Origin: Lachnospiraceae bacterium
Lineage (GTDB): Bacteria; Bacillota; Clostridia; Lachnospirales; Lachnospiraceae
DNA length: 64,000 nt
NCBI GenBank assembly: GCA_021153325.1
Contig: JAGKTQ010000002.1
Location: 22,774-86,773, forward strand
Reading direction: 5' to 3'
Positions 1 through 13,354 of the stretch are shown piece by piece (positions within the stretch are counted from its first letter, which is position 1; each line of letters starts with the position of its first letter). A model generated the notes under the pieces. The model made no database searches, was not told the origin of the DNA, and was given only the letters and a program-made list of their open reading frames with translations. A program made the translations under genes and the position numbers.

Positions 1-2
1 GT

Positions 3-227
3 GCACTGGATCTGGATGAAGGTACAGCAGGAAAAAAATTACAGGCACAGAGTATAGTGCGTTATGCGATCATTGTAATGGTTATGGCAATAACAATGAT
101 AAGTGGAGTAACGAATCCACTTGCAGCATTTTTAGGTATTATGGGATTGAAAGTAGCGGCGTATTTACAGCCGTTTACTCATAAATTAATAATCAGATTT
201 TTTAAAAATGAAAAAACTGAGAACTAA
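3..227 (+). CDS. 3' fragment of a small hydrophobic protein directly upstream of atpB (AtpI/AtpZ-like ATP synthase accessory protein); 5' end lies outside the window
   Basis: Frame 3 is open from the window edge to TAA 225-227 (...VRYAIIVMVMAITMISGVTNPLAAFLGIMGLKVAAYLQPFTHKLIIRFFKNEKTEN). It has two hydrophobic segments and sits at the usual atpI position. Confidence 0.5.
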   Translation, partial: ALDLDEGTAGKKLQAQSIVRYAIIVMVMAITMISGVTNPLAAFLGIMGLKVAAYLQPFTHKLIIRFFKNEKTEN

Positions 228-239
228 GGAGGTGAACGT

Positions 240-971
240 ATGGAACAGGGTATTTTGTTATCTGGAGATAAGCTGGACTTTATGATCAAAGGGGTATTTT
301 CCTATGAAATTTGCGGACAGACTGTCTGGATAACAACATCGCATGTTTGTATCCTTATTGTAATGCTTGTACTGATGGGCTTCGCCCTTGCAGCAAACAG
401 AGCAATGAAACATGCTACAGAAGTGCCCGGAACTTTTCAGAACATAGTCGAACTGATTGTGGAAATGCTCGATAATATGGCGAATGGGGTAATGGGAAAA
501 TATGGAGTTCGATTTAGAAATTATATCGGTACGATCTTTATTTTTATTCTTGTCAGCAATATTTCGGGACTTTTTGGATTGCGTGCGCCAACAGCAGATT
601 ATGGTACGACGCTGGCACTTGGTTTAATTACATTTGTAATAATCCATTTCGTTCAGTTTAGACACAATTCATTAAAGACAATATGGGTAGACATGTGTTC
701 GCCATTGCCGCCATGGCTTCCAATCTGGTTCCCGATTAACTTAATTAGTGAAATTGCAGTGCCTATTTCATTGTCACTGCGTTTGTTTGCGAATGTTTTA
801 TCAGGAACGATCATGATGGCACTCATTTATGGTCTGCTAGGATGGATAGCAACGATATGGCCGGCAGCACTTCATGTATACTTTGATTTGTTCTCCGGAG
901 CAATTCAGACCTATGTATTCTGTATGTTGACAATGACTTATATTACGAATGCATATCCATCGGAAGATTAG
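240..971 (+). CDS. atpB: F0F1 ATP synthase subunit a
   Basis: 243-aa polytopic membrane protein with the conserved a-subunit Arg helix (SLSLRLFANVLSG). RBS AAGGAGG lies upstream. First gene of the canonical a-c-b-delta-alpha-gamma-beta-epsilon order. Confidence 0.95.
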   Translation: MEQGILLSGDKLDFMIKGVFSYEICGQTVWITTSHVCILIVMLVLMGFALAANRAMKHATEVPGTFQNIVELIVEMLDNMANGVMGKYGVRFRNYIGTIFIFILVSNISGLFGLRAPTADYGTTLALGLITFVIIHFVQFRHNSLKTIWVDMCSPLPPWLPIWFPINLISEIAVPISLSLRLFANVLSGTIMMALIYGLLGWIATIWPAALHVYFDLFSGAIQTYVFCMLTMTYITNAYPSED

Positions 972-1001
972 TAAAAATTGAATACTATATTTTATATTTA
1001 G

Positions 1002-1265
<264 letters not shown>

Positions 1266-1317
1266 TTGCTGGAAGCAACACAACAGCGGTTGTAGAAAGA
1301 GAGAAAGGAGGCAGGAG

Positions 1318-1820
1318 ATGGAGAGACTTTTTAATTTGGACTTTCAGCTCATAACGGATGCCACTTTAATGATTATTGCGGTATTTGTGCTGTTTTTGTT
1401 CATGTCCTACTTTCTGTTCAATCCGGCTAGAAAAATGCTGGAAGGCAGAAAAGAGAAAATTAAAAATGAACTGGATTCAGCAGAAAAAGACATGGCTGAT
1501 GCCAAAGCTTTAAGGCTTGAATATGAAGCAAAATTAAAAGATATTGACAAAGAAGCTGAAGAAATTTTAAGCGACGCAAGAAAAAAAGCACTTGCTAATG
1601 CTGCAAAGATTGAAGCAGATGCAAAAGAAGAAGCAGCAAGGATTATGGATAGAGCAAGACAGGAAGCAGAGCTTGAAAAACAGAAAGCTGCAGATGATGT
1701 TAAGAAAGAAATGGTTTCCATCGCATCGTTAATGGCAAGCAAGGTTGTTGCTGCTTCTATCGATACCACGGTGCAGGAAAGCCTGATTGATGAAACTTTA
1801 AAGGAAATAGGTGAAAGCAC

Positions 1821-1833
<13 letters not shown>
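1318..1833 (+). CDS. atpF: F0F1 ATP synthase subunit b
   Basis: One N-terminal TM helix followed by a long Lys/Glu/Ala-rich coiled coil. Correct operon position, overlapping the atpH start. Confidence 0.9.
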
Positions 1834-3901
<2,068 letters not shown>

Positions 3902-3914
3902 CAGGAAAGGTTAG

Positions 3915-4784
3915 GTGACAAGTATGGCGTCAATGCGCGATATTAAAAGACGTAAGGGTAGTATTCAAAGTACCCAGCAGATTACCAAAGCCATGAAGCT
4001 TGTTTCAACTGTTAAGCTGCAGAGAGCAAAAGGCCGTGCAGAAAAATCAAAATCCTATTTTGAATGTATGTATGAGACCGTAACTTCCATGCTTGCGAAA
4101 ACAGGAAGTTTGGAACATAAGTATCTGAAAGCAGGCGATTCACAGAAAAAAGCGGTGATCATGATCACTTCTAACAGAGGACTTGCTGGCGGATATAACT
4201 CTAACGTGATCAAATTGATTACGCAGGGTGACTTTAAAAAAGAGGATTTGTGTATTTACGCTGTAGGTGGTAAAGGAAGAGATACCCTTGGTCGCTACGG
4301 CTATGAAATAAAAGCAGACTATTCGGATTGCATTGAAGAACCGGTATATGTGGATGCGATGAATATTAGCAAAGAGCTGCTCAATGGTTTTGCAGCAGGT
4401 GAATTTGGTGAGATTTATTTAGCATATACTTCGTTTAAGAATACGGTAAGTCATGAACCGAAGTTATTGAAATTATTGCCGGTAGAGATTGAAGCTGGTG
4501 AAGCAGAAGAAGAGAAGACGAGCAAAGCACTTATGAACTTTGAACCGGAGGATGATCAGGCACTGGATATGATCATACCAAAATATATAACAAGTCTGAT
4601 CTTTGGAGCAATGGTAGAATCAGCGGCAAGTGAAAACGGTGCCAGAATGCAGGCAATGGATTCCGCAACAAGCAATGCAGAGGAAATGATTAGTAATCTG
4701 ACCCTTATGTACAATAGAGCACGTCAGGGCTCTATCACACAAGAGTTGACCGAGATTATTGCAGGTGCTAACGCAATTTCGTAA
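3915..4784 (+). CDS. atpG: F0F1 ATP synthase subunit gamma. Start uncertain: GTG 3915, ATG 3924 or ATG 3933
   Basis: N-terminus SMRDIKRRKGSIQSTQQITKAMKLVS and C-terminus RQGSITQELTEIIAGANA are gamma-subunit hallmarks. Confidence 0.93.
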   Translation: MTSMASMRDIKRRKGSIQSTQQITKAMKLVSTVKLQRAKGRAEKSKSYFECMYETVTSMLAKTGSLEHKYLKAGDSQKKAVIMITSNRGLAGGYNSNVIKLITQGDFKKEDLCIYAVGGKGRDTLGRYGYEIKADYSDCIEEPVYVDAMNISKELLNGFAAGEFGEIYLAYTSFKNTVSHEPKLLKLLPVEIEAGEAEEEKTSKALMNFEPEDDQALDMIIPKYITSLIFGAMVESAASENGARMQAMDSATSNAEEMISNLTLMYNRARQGSITQELTEIIAGANAIS

Positions 4785-4811
4785 GCGGACACCTGCAAAG
4801 AAATAGAGTGA

Positions 4812-6221
<1,410 letters not shown>

Positions 6222-6232
6222 GGGGTGAGTGT

Positions 6233-6637
6233 ATGGCAGATGACAGAAACTTTTTATTAAAAATTATTACGCCTGAAAGAGTGTTTTTTGAAGAAGAAGC
6301 TACCATGGTGGAATTTAACACAACAGAGGGAGAAATTGGTATTTATAAAAACCATGTGCCCATGACAGTTATTGTGAAGCCTGGAATTTTGACAATTACA
6401 CAAGAAGATGGCATAAAAGAAGCTGCACTGCATTCCGGTTTTGTTCAAATTCTTCAGGATGAAGTAACCATTTTAGCAGAAATTGTTGAATGGCCAGAGG
6501 AAATTGATGTGGAAAGAGCGGAAGCTGCAAAAGAAAGAGCGGAAGAGAGAATTAAGAGCCGCACACCGGAAACGGATATGGCAAGAGCAGAAACTGCGTT
6601 GCAGCGAGCAGTAGCACGTATTCAGGTACTGAAGTAA
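6233..6637 (+). CDS. atpC: F0F1 ATP synthase subunit epsilon
   Basis: 134 aa with a beta-sandwich N-domain (LKIITPERVFFE...) and a helical Ala/Glu/Arg-rich C-terminus. Last canonical gene of the operon. Confidence 0.9.
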   Translation: MADDRNFLLKIITPERVFFEEEATMVEFNTTEGEIGIYKNHVPMTVIVKPGILTITQEDGIKEAALHSGFVQILQDEVTILAEIVEWPEEIDVERAEAAKERAEERIKSRTPETDMARAETALQRAVARIQVLK

Positions 6638-6700
6638 GAAAGAAACTTTTGAAAAGAAAGATGCATATGATAATCATAAAAGAACAAAGATTGGAATATT

Positions 6701-7087
6701 ATGGATAATCATAGAATTCTTCCTTTTTACATGACATATCCACTGCCCTTGTTTTATCAGGAAGAGGATAAAGTACAAAGAGATTTGGAATACTTACAAC
6801 AGATGTATCCAGCAGAGGCCAAACGTTATCAGAGGATAATTGCTTCTATGTTGGATAAGATTGATTATGACGGAAGCATGATATATGATGAATATCCTGA
6901 CAGAATGAGAATGTATGCTCTCACACAGGATATTGTGGATCAAATCAAGCGGGAAGATATGAAGACGGATATGACAAATGACAGTCCAGACAGATGGAAC
7001 CACATTAGCGATTTAGTACAAATTTTGCTTTTTTATGAAATATATAAGCGCCGCCATATGAATCACAGAGGTATTTTAAAATTTTAG
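6701..7087 (+). CDS. Hypothetical 128-aa soluble protein (Tyr/Pro/Asp-rich, no TM segment), apparently co-transcribed with the atp operon
   Basis: Closed ORF 63 nt after atpC with no intervening terminator. A strong terminator follows at 7115-7164. I recognise no family. Confidence 0.5.
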   Translation: MDNHRILPFYMTYPLPLFYQEEDKVQRDLEYLQQMYPAEAKRYQRIIASMLDKIDYDGSMIYDEYPDRMRMYALTQDIVDQIKREDMKTDMTNDSPDRWNHISDLVQILLFYEIYKRRHMNHRGILKF

Positions 7088-7114
7088 TTGTGGTTTTCAG
7101 TAAAGAAAAGTAAA

Positions 7115-7164
7115 ATATAGTCATAGCATATGTATACTTACATTTGCTATGGCTATATTTTTTG
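7115..7164 (+). terminator. Rho-independent terminator closing the atp transcription unit
   Basis: ATATAGTCATAGCA (7115-7128) pairs with TGCTATGGCTATAT (7145-7158) with one G-U pair, followed by a T-run. Confidence 0.8.
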
Positions 7165-7204
7165 TATATAATAGAATTTTGTTTGTATATAGTAGGAAGT
7201 TTTT

Positions 7205-8362
7205 ATGGAACAGTTAAAAAAAGTATTAAATGATGGAATCAATGATAAATTATATCAAATTATATTGAGCAACCCAAGAAAAGCAGGCGGAGTAGAGAAA
7301 ATCAAAATCCGCCCTGTTTTAGTGAAAGGAAAGCTGGAGTTTCAGGAAACCTCCTATGTAGGTCAAAAGGTATTTCATGAAAACTTTTCCAAAGAAGAAC
7401 TGGTAGAACGAATATTGCATGCTTTACAGGAAAGCTTTAAGCAGGGGGAATTGGAAAACGAAGTGTTCAGAGCGACTATTCTTGTGAGCAAAAAGGGTAA
7501 GATCACGGTAAAGACCAAAAAGAATATATGTGGGAAAAAAGAAATTGATCTATCACACAACCGGGTGAAAAAATATATATTGGAAGAGGGCATTCCGGTT
7601 CCTTTTTTAATTGAACTGGGAGTACAGACAGCGGAAGGAAAAATTGTCAGAGCCAAATATGATAAATTTAAGCAGATCAATCGTTATCTGGAGTTCATCA
7701 GAGATGTTCTTCCGGTGCTGCCTAAGGACAGAACTGTGAATATTATTGATTTTGGCTGTGGAAAATCCTATTTGACCTTTGCAATGTATTATTATCTGAA
7801 GGTATTAAATAAATATGACATACGTGTCATTGGATTAGATCTGAAGGATGATGTTATAGAAAAATGCAATCGTTTGTCAGAAAAATTTGGATATTCAGAT
7901 GCCTTAAAATTTATTCGGGGAGATATCAGTACCTTTGAAGGGGATTACCAGCCGGACATGGTTGTGACACTGCATGCCTGTGATACAGCCACAGACTATG
8001 CATTGGAAAAAGCGGTGCGTTGGGGCGCAAAAGTAATTTTATCAGTACCTTGCTGTCAGCATGAAGTAAATAAGCAGATAGAGTGTAAAGAACTGGAATC
8101 TATATTAAAATATGGATTGTTAAAAGAAAGAATGTCCGCTATCATCACGGATGCAGTTCGTGCGAATCTGTTGGAAGAAATGGGATACGATACGCAAATA
8201 TTAGAATTTATCGATATGGAGCATACACCGAAAAATTTATTGATTCGAGCAGTAAAAAGAGCAGCAAACACTTTGACAGAAAATAAAGAGAGTCAGACCG
8301 AAAAACTTTTGGAAATGCTTCATACAAAGCAGACGTTAAATGAGTTATTGAGAAAGGCATAA
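7205..8362 (+). CDS. Class I SAM-dependent methyltransferase with an approx. 170-aa N-terminal extra domain
   Basis: Motif I IIDFGCGKSYLTF, then GLDL and a later acidic motif, typical of the Rossmann-fold MTase arrangement. Substrate not inferable. Confidence 0.7.
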   Translation: MEQLKKVLNDGINDKLYQIILSNPRKAGGVEKIKIRPVLVKGKLEFQETSYVGQKVFHENFSKEELVERILHALQESFKQGELENEVFRATILVSKKGKITVKTKKNICGKKEIDLSHNRVKKYILEEGIPVPFLIELGVQTAEGKIVRAKYDKFKQINRYLEFIRDVLPVLPKDRTVNIIDFGCGKSYLTFAMYYYLKVLNKYDIRVIGLDLKDDVIEKCNRLSEKFGYSDALKFIRGDISTFEGDYQPDMVVTLHACDTATDYALEKAVRWGAKVILSVPCCQHEVNKQIECKELESILKYGLLKERMSAIITDAVRANLLEEMGYDTQILEFIDMEHTPKNLLIRAVKRAANTLTENKESQTEKLLEMLHTKQTLNELLRKA

Positions 8363-8370
8363 ATAATAGA

Positions 8371-10902
8371 ATGAAAAAGTCATTAATAAAAGCCGCAGTT
8401 TTTGTGGGTACATTCTTTATTTCGCTATTCATTATCAGTGGGATACTGAATCAGGGAAATACAGACATGACAGCAGAAATGCAGCCGGCATCTTTTCCGC
8501 TTATTTATATGAATATAGATGGCGAAAGAGTAAACTGTCTTCACGGCTATGTGCAGGAAATGGAAGGCAGCTATCTTCGGGATACGATTACTGTAGTTTC
8601 GGAAGGCAGAACAGTACAGTTTCAGATAGATAAATATAATGCAGACATTGAGGGAATATCCTACGAGTTAAGAAGTGTAGATGGAGAACGCCTGATTGAA
8701 AATGGAGAAGTAGCAGATAAACAGGATGAAGGAGAGTATATCAGTGCCTCTATTACTTTAAAAGACCTGATTGAAGCAAAGACAGAGTATAACCTGATTC
8801 TCATTTTAAATGTTGACGGTAAAGAAATCCGTTATTATACAAGAGTCATTTTGGCGGATGATTATTTTGTTGCAGAAAAGCTCTCTTTTGTGAAAAATTT
8901 CCATGAGAAGACTTTTGACAAAGAAGCAGCTTCGGAACTGACAAAATACTTAGAATCCAATTCAGAAGGAGATAATACGACTTTTTCCAAAGTGACCATT
9001 CACTCCAGTTTTAGTCAGATAACCTGGGGAGATTTGAACGTAGAAATAGAAAGCATTCCGACTATTGATATTAAGGAAATCACAAGCCAGACTGGTTCTT
9101 TCAAAATGAATTATATCGTGTCTACTTCGGAGGGAAAGAACAAAACATATTACAATGTAGAAGAATATTATCGTGTACGTTATACTACAGATCGTATGTA
9201 TCTGCTTGATTATACTCGAACCATGAACCAGATACTGGACGAAGAATCAGAAGTATACGCGAATAATAAAATTTCTCTCGGAATCACAAGCAATGACATA
9301 CAGTTTGTGGAAAGCGATGGCGGAAGTATTTTTGCATTCGTAAATGCTAACCGCTTGTACAGCTATAATGTTGCTGAAAATAAAATGGCGCTGATCTACA
9401 GTTTTTATGATAAAAATAATGCTGATGCCCGAACCATGTATGACCATAATGACATACGCATATTAAGTGTGGACGAAACGGGAAATGTGCAATTTATTGT
9501 ATATGGTTATATGAATCGAGGAAGACATGAAGGCGGCGTCGGAATCCAAGTATGTACTTATAATAGCCAGATGAACACGATAGAGGAAGATATTTACATT
9601 CCGTATAATCGTTCCTGGCAGGTTCTGCAGGCTGATGTAGAACAGCTAGCCTATGTAAGCAGAACAAATCGCTTTTATATTATGCTGGATCGCACCATTT
9701 ATGCGGTCAACCTGAATGCAAAAATATATGAAGCAGTAGCAACGCAGCTTTATGATGGCAGTTATCAGGTTTCTGAAAGCAATGCGCGGATTGCCTGGCA
9801 GAATGGCGAAGACCTTTATGACAGCACAACACTAATTGTCATGGACCTGAATTCCCAAAACAAAACAGAAATAAAAGCAGGTTCTGGGGAAGTCGTTGCA
9901 CCGCTTGGTTTTATGGGAGAAGACTTTATATATGGTATTGCCAAAAAGGCTGATATTGTAAAAGATGAAACGGGAAGAGTGACTTTCCCGATGTATAAAG
10001 TGATCATACAGGATGAGTTTGGAGAGACCATTCATACCTACCAGCAAAATGGTATTTATATTGTAGGAAGTAAGATCGAGGCAAATCAGATTACGTTGCA
10101 GCGTGTCAGAAAAAGTGAAAATGGCAATTATGAAGAAATTGCTGATGATCAGATTATGAGCACTGCAGTAGCAGAAGTAGGTAACAATTATGCAGAAACA
10201 GTTGCAATAGATAAATACGAAAAAATTGTACAGATCGTAGTCAAAAATACGATTGATAGTAAATCGTTGCAGGTATTAACTCCGAAGGAAGTTCTTTTTG
10301 AAGGAGGAAGAGAACTTGCTTTATCTAATGAAGAAGAATTAAAAGAATTTTATTATGTATATAATCAGGGAGATATCGCAGGAATCTTTATGAATCCCGG
10401 TAGTGCGATAAATCTTGCCAATTCCATTTCAGGTGTAGTTGTCAATGATGATGGTGCTTATGTATGGCAGAAGGGAAACCGTAGTACCAAAAATCAGATC
10501 ATGGCAATCACAGGTGAACAGGTAACCGAGGAGAAGAATAGCCTTGCTGTGTGTCTGGATACAATTTTGAATTTTGAAGGCGTTATGAAAAATACAGAGC
10601 AGCAGTTAAGTCAGGGTAAGACGGTGATCGAGATTTTGGAGAGCGGACTTCCTGATGCACAGATTCTTGATCTGACAGGTTGTAGTCTTGATTCTGTATT
10701 ATACTATGTAAACAAGGATATTCCTGTACTTGCAATGTTAAATGACGGAAGTGCAGTGCTGGTAATTGGTTTTAATGAACTGAACATTGTAGTGATGAAT
10801 CCAATGACAGGTACTGTGTATAAAATGGGAATGAATGATTCTACGTCATGGTTTGAAGAAAATGGAAATTGTTTTATTACTTATGTAATGGATGAACAGT
10901 AA
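8371..10902 (+). CDS. Large (843 aa) N-terminally membrane-anchored extracytoplasmic protein of unknown function
   Basis: A single N-terminal TM helix (AAVFVGTFFISLFIISGIL) is followed by about 800 aa rich in beta-strand-like segments. The C-terminal approx. 150 aa (NSLAVCLDTILNFEG...VLVIGFNELNIVVMNP) weakly resembles a papain/C39-like fold, but this is not secure. Confidence 0.6.
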   Translation: MKKSLIKAAVFVGTFFISLFIISGILNQGNTDMTAEMQPASFPLIYMNIDGERVNCLHGYVQEMEGSYLRDTITVVSEGRTVQFQIDKYNADIEGISYELRSVDGERLIENGEVADKQDEGEYISASITLKDLIEAKTEYNLILILNVDGKEIRYYTRVILADDYFVAEKLSFVKNFHEKTFDKEAASELTKYLESNSEGDNTTFSKVTIHSSFSQITWGDLNVEIESIPTIDIKEITSQTGSFKMNYIVSTSEGKNKTYYNVEEYYRVRYTTDRMYLLDYTRTMNQILDEESEVYANNKISLGITSNDIQFVESDGGSIFAFVNANRLYSYNVAENKMALIYSFYDKNNADARTMYDHNDIRILSVDETGNVQFIVYGYMNRGRHEGGVGIQVCTYNSQMNTIEEDIYIPYNRSWQVLQADVEQLAYVSRTNRFYIMLDRTIYAVNLNAKIYEAVATQLYDGSYQVSESNARIAWQNGEDLYDSTTLIVMDLNSQNKTEIKAGSGEVVAPLGFMGEDFIYGIAKKADIVKDETGRVTFPMYKVIIQDEFGETIHTYQQNGIYIVGSKIEANQITLQRVRKSENGNYEEIADDQIMSTAVAEVGNNYAETVAIDKYEKIVQIVVKNTIDSKSLQVLTPKEVLFEGGRELALSNEEELKEFYYVYNQGDIAGIFMNPGSAINLANSISGVVVNDDGAYVWQKGNRSTKNQIMAITGEQVTEEKNSLAVCLDTILNFEGVMKNTEQQLSQGKTVIEILESGLPDAQILDLTGCSLDSVLYYVNKDIPVLAMLNDGSAVLVIGFNELNIVVMNPMTGTVYKMGMNDSTSWFEENGNCFITYVMDEQ

Positions 10903-10921
10903 CCATTGTAGGAGTGGGGAA

Positions 10922-13174
10922 ATGAAAACAAAAGAGGATAAAAATAGTGCGTTAAAAAAGAGGAAAAAGTCTATATTAAGCGTGGGCTTCATTACAATTT
11001 TGCTTTTTGTGATGATTTTGGGATTAATGATGTATGCCCAAATGTTGCAGGAAGATTTGAGAGATGAAGTGAGGAATAAGCTAAAAGAAGTTTCGAATCA
11101 GAATGTTCTTATCATCCAGAAGGAGATAGAAGGGGATAGGAATGCCCTGATAGAGATTGCGGAAAGAATTGGCGAGTCAGGTCTGTCAGAAGAATGGGAA
11201 ATTGTAGATACACTGCGTTCTATAGCACCACGTTATTCTTTTAGCCGGATGGGATTTTATAAGCCGGATGGTCTTGCCTATACAACCGATGGTGTGGTCA
11301 TGAATATTTCGGAGAGAGACTATTTTAAGGAAGCAATGATAGGAAATTTCAGCTTATCTGAGCTGTTGATCGAAATGGTGAATGGTGAAGAGGTCATTGT
11401 TTTTAGTGTGCCGATCGTGAGTGACAATAAAATCATCGGTGGAGTTTTTGCAAGCTATAGCATAGAAAGTCTTCAGGAAATTTTGTCGGTATCTTCTTTT
11501 GATGGCGAAGGTTATACCTACATCGTAAAGAAGGATGGTTCAAAAGTAGTTGATTCTGCTAACCCTATCAGCTTTCAAAATATGACAAACATATTTGAAT
11601 CCATGGAACAAGCAGATGAAAGAAATGGGCAATCCGTAGAGGAATTAAAAGCGTTATTGGAAAATGGGGATAAAGGATATGTGATCTTCTATAATAAAAT
11701 AGGAAAATATATGTATTGTACGCCCCTTGGAATCAATGACTGGTCTTTGATCGAGGTAGTTCCAGTTGATGTAATGGAAACAACTACAAACTATATTATG
11801 GCAAGAACATACATTATATGCATGATATTAATAGCAGTGTATACCTTGATCGTCATTACCGTTTTTAGAGAAGAGTACAAGAAAAAGAAGCAGATGCGGA
11901 CTCTTTTGTATGTGGATGAATTGACAGGTGGACATACCTTTGCCAAATTTAAAGAAGAAATAGAAAAGCAGATGAAAAATGCCGAGGACATAAAAAAGGC
12001 ATTCATTGTGATGGATATTGATGACTTTAAACTTGTAAACGAGCTGTTTGGATATGAAGAAGGAGATAAGCTTTTGCGTTATCTTTGGCGGGTGTTGAGT
12101 GACAGCTGTAAGGGAGGAGAAATCGTAGCCCGCAGGCTTGCGGATCGATTTACATTGTTTTTGAATTATCAGGAAAAAGAAGAAATTGAGAAACGGGTTA
12201 TAAGCATGATGGAGAAAATACGGCAATGCAGTATTGGAAGAGAAACGGAGTATATGCTGCAGCCAGTTTTTGGTATCTATTATGTGGAAAAAAGCGGTGA
12301 AAATGCAGAAGATATGCTTACCTATGCTACACTCGCACATAACCTGGCTAAAAAGGAAAGAGATTGCTTCTACGTCATTTACAATGATGAGATAAGAGGC
12401 AATATGCTGCAGAAAAAACAGCTTTCCGACCAGATGGAACATGCTTACAGGCATCATCATTTTGTAGTATATTATCAACCGAAATATGAGGCAGAAACAA
12501 AAAAACTTGCTGGTGCTGAAGCTTTGATACGTTGGCGTAAATCAGATGGTACAATGGTCTCTCCGGGGCAGTTCATACCACTGGCGGAGGAGACCGGATT
12601 TATATGTAAGCTGGATAAGTATGTATTCCATGAAGTATGTCTGGCGCAGAAACGTTTTATAGAAAAAGGGTTAAAAGTTGTGCCTATTTCTGTCAATCTG
12701 TCCCGCAGGCATTTGGACAATCCAGAATTTATTAATGAGTATAAGGCAATTTTAGATGAAACACAGATACCGATCGAATGTATACAGTTAGAAATTACAG
12801 AAAGTGCTATGTTCGAAAAACAGGATCAATTTATCAGCATTATTAAAAGGCTGCATGAACTTGGATTTGTAATATTGATGGATGACTTTGGAACTGGTTA
12901 TTCTTCACTTATGATGCTCAAGCAAATTCCGATTGATGTTATGAAATTGGATAAAACTTTTGTAGATGACTATAACGATATCCGAGGCGAACAGATTATA
13001 AGATGTGTTATGCAGATGGCGCAGAAGCTGGAAATTGAAATTACAGCAGAGGGTGTAGAAACAGAAGAACAGTATGTCTTTTTAAGAGGAATTGGTTGCG
13101 ATACGATTCAAGGATACTATTTTGCAAAGCCAATGCCGGAAGAAGAATATAAAAAACGCATGGAACAGCAATAA
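10922..13174 (+). CDS. Membrane-bound c-di-GMP phosphodiesterase: TM, Cache-like periplasmic sensor, TM, degenerate GGDEF, EAL. An alternative upstream start exists at 10892
   Basis: EAL-domain motifs are intact: EALIRW (12518-), QLEITES, DDFGTGYSS, KLDKTF, EGVETEEQ, QGYYFAKP. The GGDEF signature is replaced by RLADRF (12134-12151). RBS GGAGTGGGG precedes ATG 10922. Confidence 0.85.
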   Translation: MKTKEDKNSALKKRKKSILSVGFITILLFVMILGLMMYAQMLQEDLRDEVRNKLKEVSNQNVLIIQKEIEGDRNALIEIAERIGESGLSEEWEIVDTLRSIAPRYSFSRMGFYKPDGLAYTTDGVVMNISERDYFKEAMIGNFSLSELLIEMVNGEEVIVFSVPIVSDNKIIGGVFASYSIESLQEILSVSSFDGEGYTYIVKKDGSKVVDSANPISFQNMTNIFESMEQADERNGQSVEELKALLENGDKGYVIFYNKIGKYMYCTPLGINDWSLIEVVPVDVMETTTNYIMARTYIICMILIAVYTLIVITVFREEYKKKKQMRTLLYVDELTGGHTFAKFKEEIEKQMKNAEDIKKAFIVMDIDDFKLVNELFGYEEGDKLLRYLWRVLSDSCKGGEIVARRLADRFTLFLNYQEKEEIEKRVISMMEKIRQCSIGRETEYMLQPVFGIYYVEKSGENAEDMLTYATLAHNLAKKERDCFYVIYNDEIRGNMLQKKQLSDQMEHAYRHHHFVVYYQPKYEAETKKLAGAEALIRWRKSDGTMVSPGQFIPLAEETGFICKLDKYVFHEVCLAQKRFIEKGLKVVPISVNLSRRHLDNPEFINEYKAILDETQIPIECIQLEITESAMFEKQDQFISIIKRLHELGFVILMDDFGTGYSSLMMLKQIPIDVMKLDKTFVDDYNDIRGEQIIRCVMQMAQKLEIEITAEGVETEEQYVFLRGIGCDTIQGYYFAKPMPEEEYKKRMEQQ

Positions 13175-13354
13175 AAAATGTGTAGAAAAATACCGTATTT
13201 ATGCGGGTTGCAACTAATGGTTGCGGAGAAAATAAAGGACTGAAAACTAAAATTGGTAGAGCAACCACATGGGAAATTCATATAATGAAGACATAATACA
13301 AAGCGCAAAAAAATAAAAATACTACTTATAGAAAAGCGCAGAAATGAGGAATTT

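Noticed and set aside
1407-1820. 137-aa antisense ORF inside atpF. Similar antisense ORFs occur at 11828-12478, 26236-26991, 28827-29189, 49158-49703, 55206-55736 and 62045-62698
   Set aside because: All lie within confidently assigned genes on the other strand. They have skewed Ser/Ala/Leu/Phe/Cys composition and no RBS, so they are reverse-frame artefacts.
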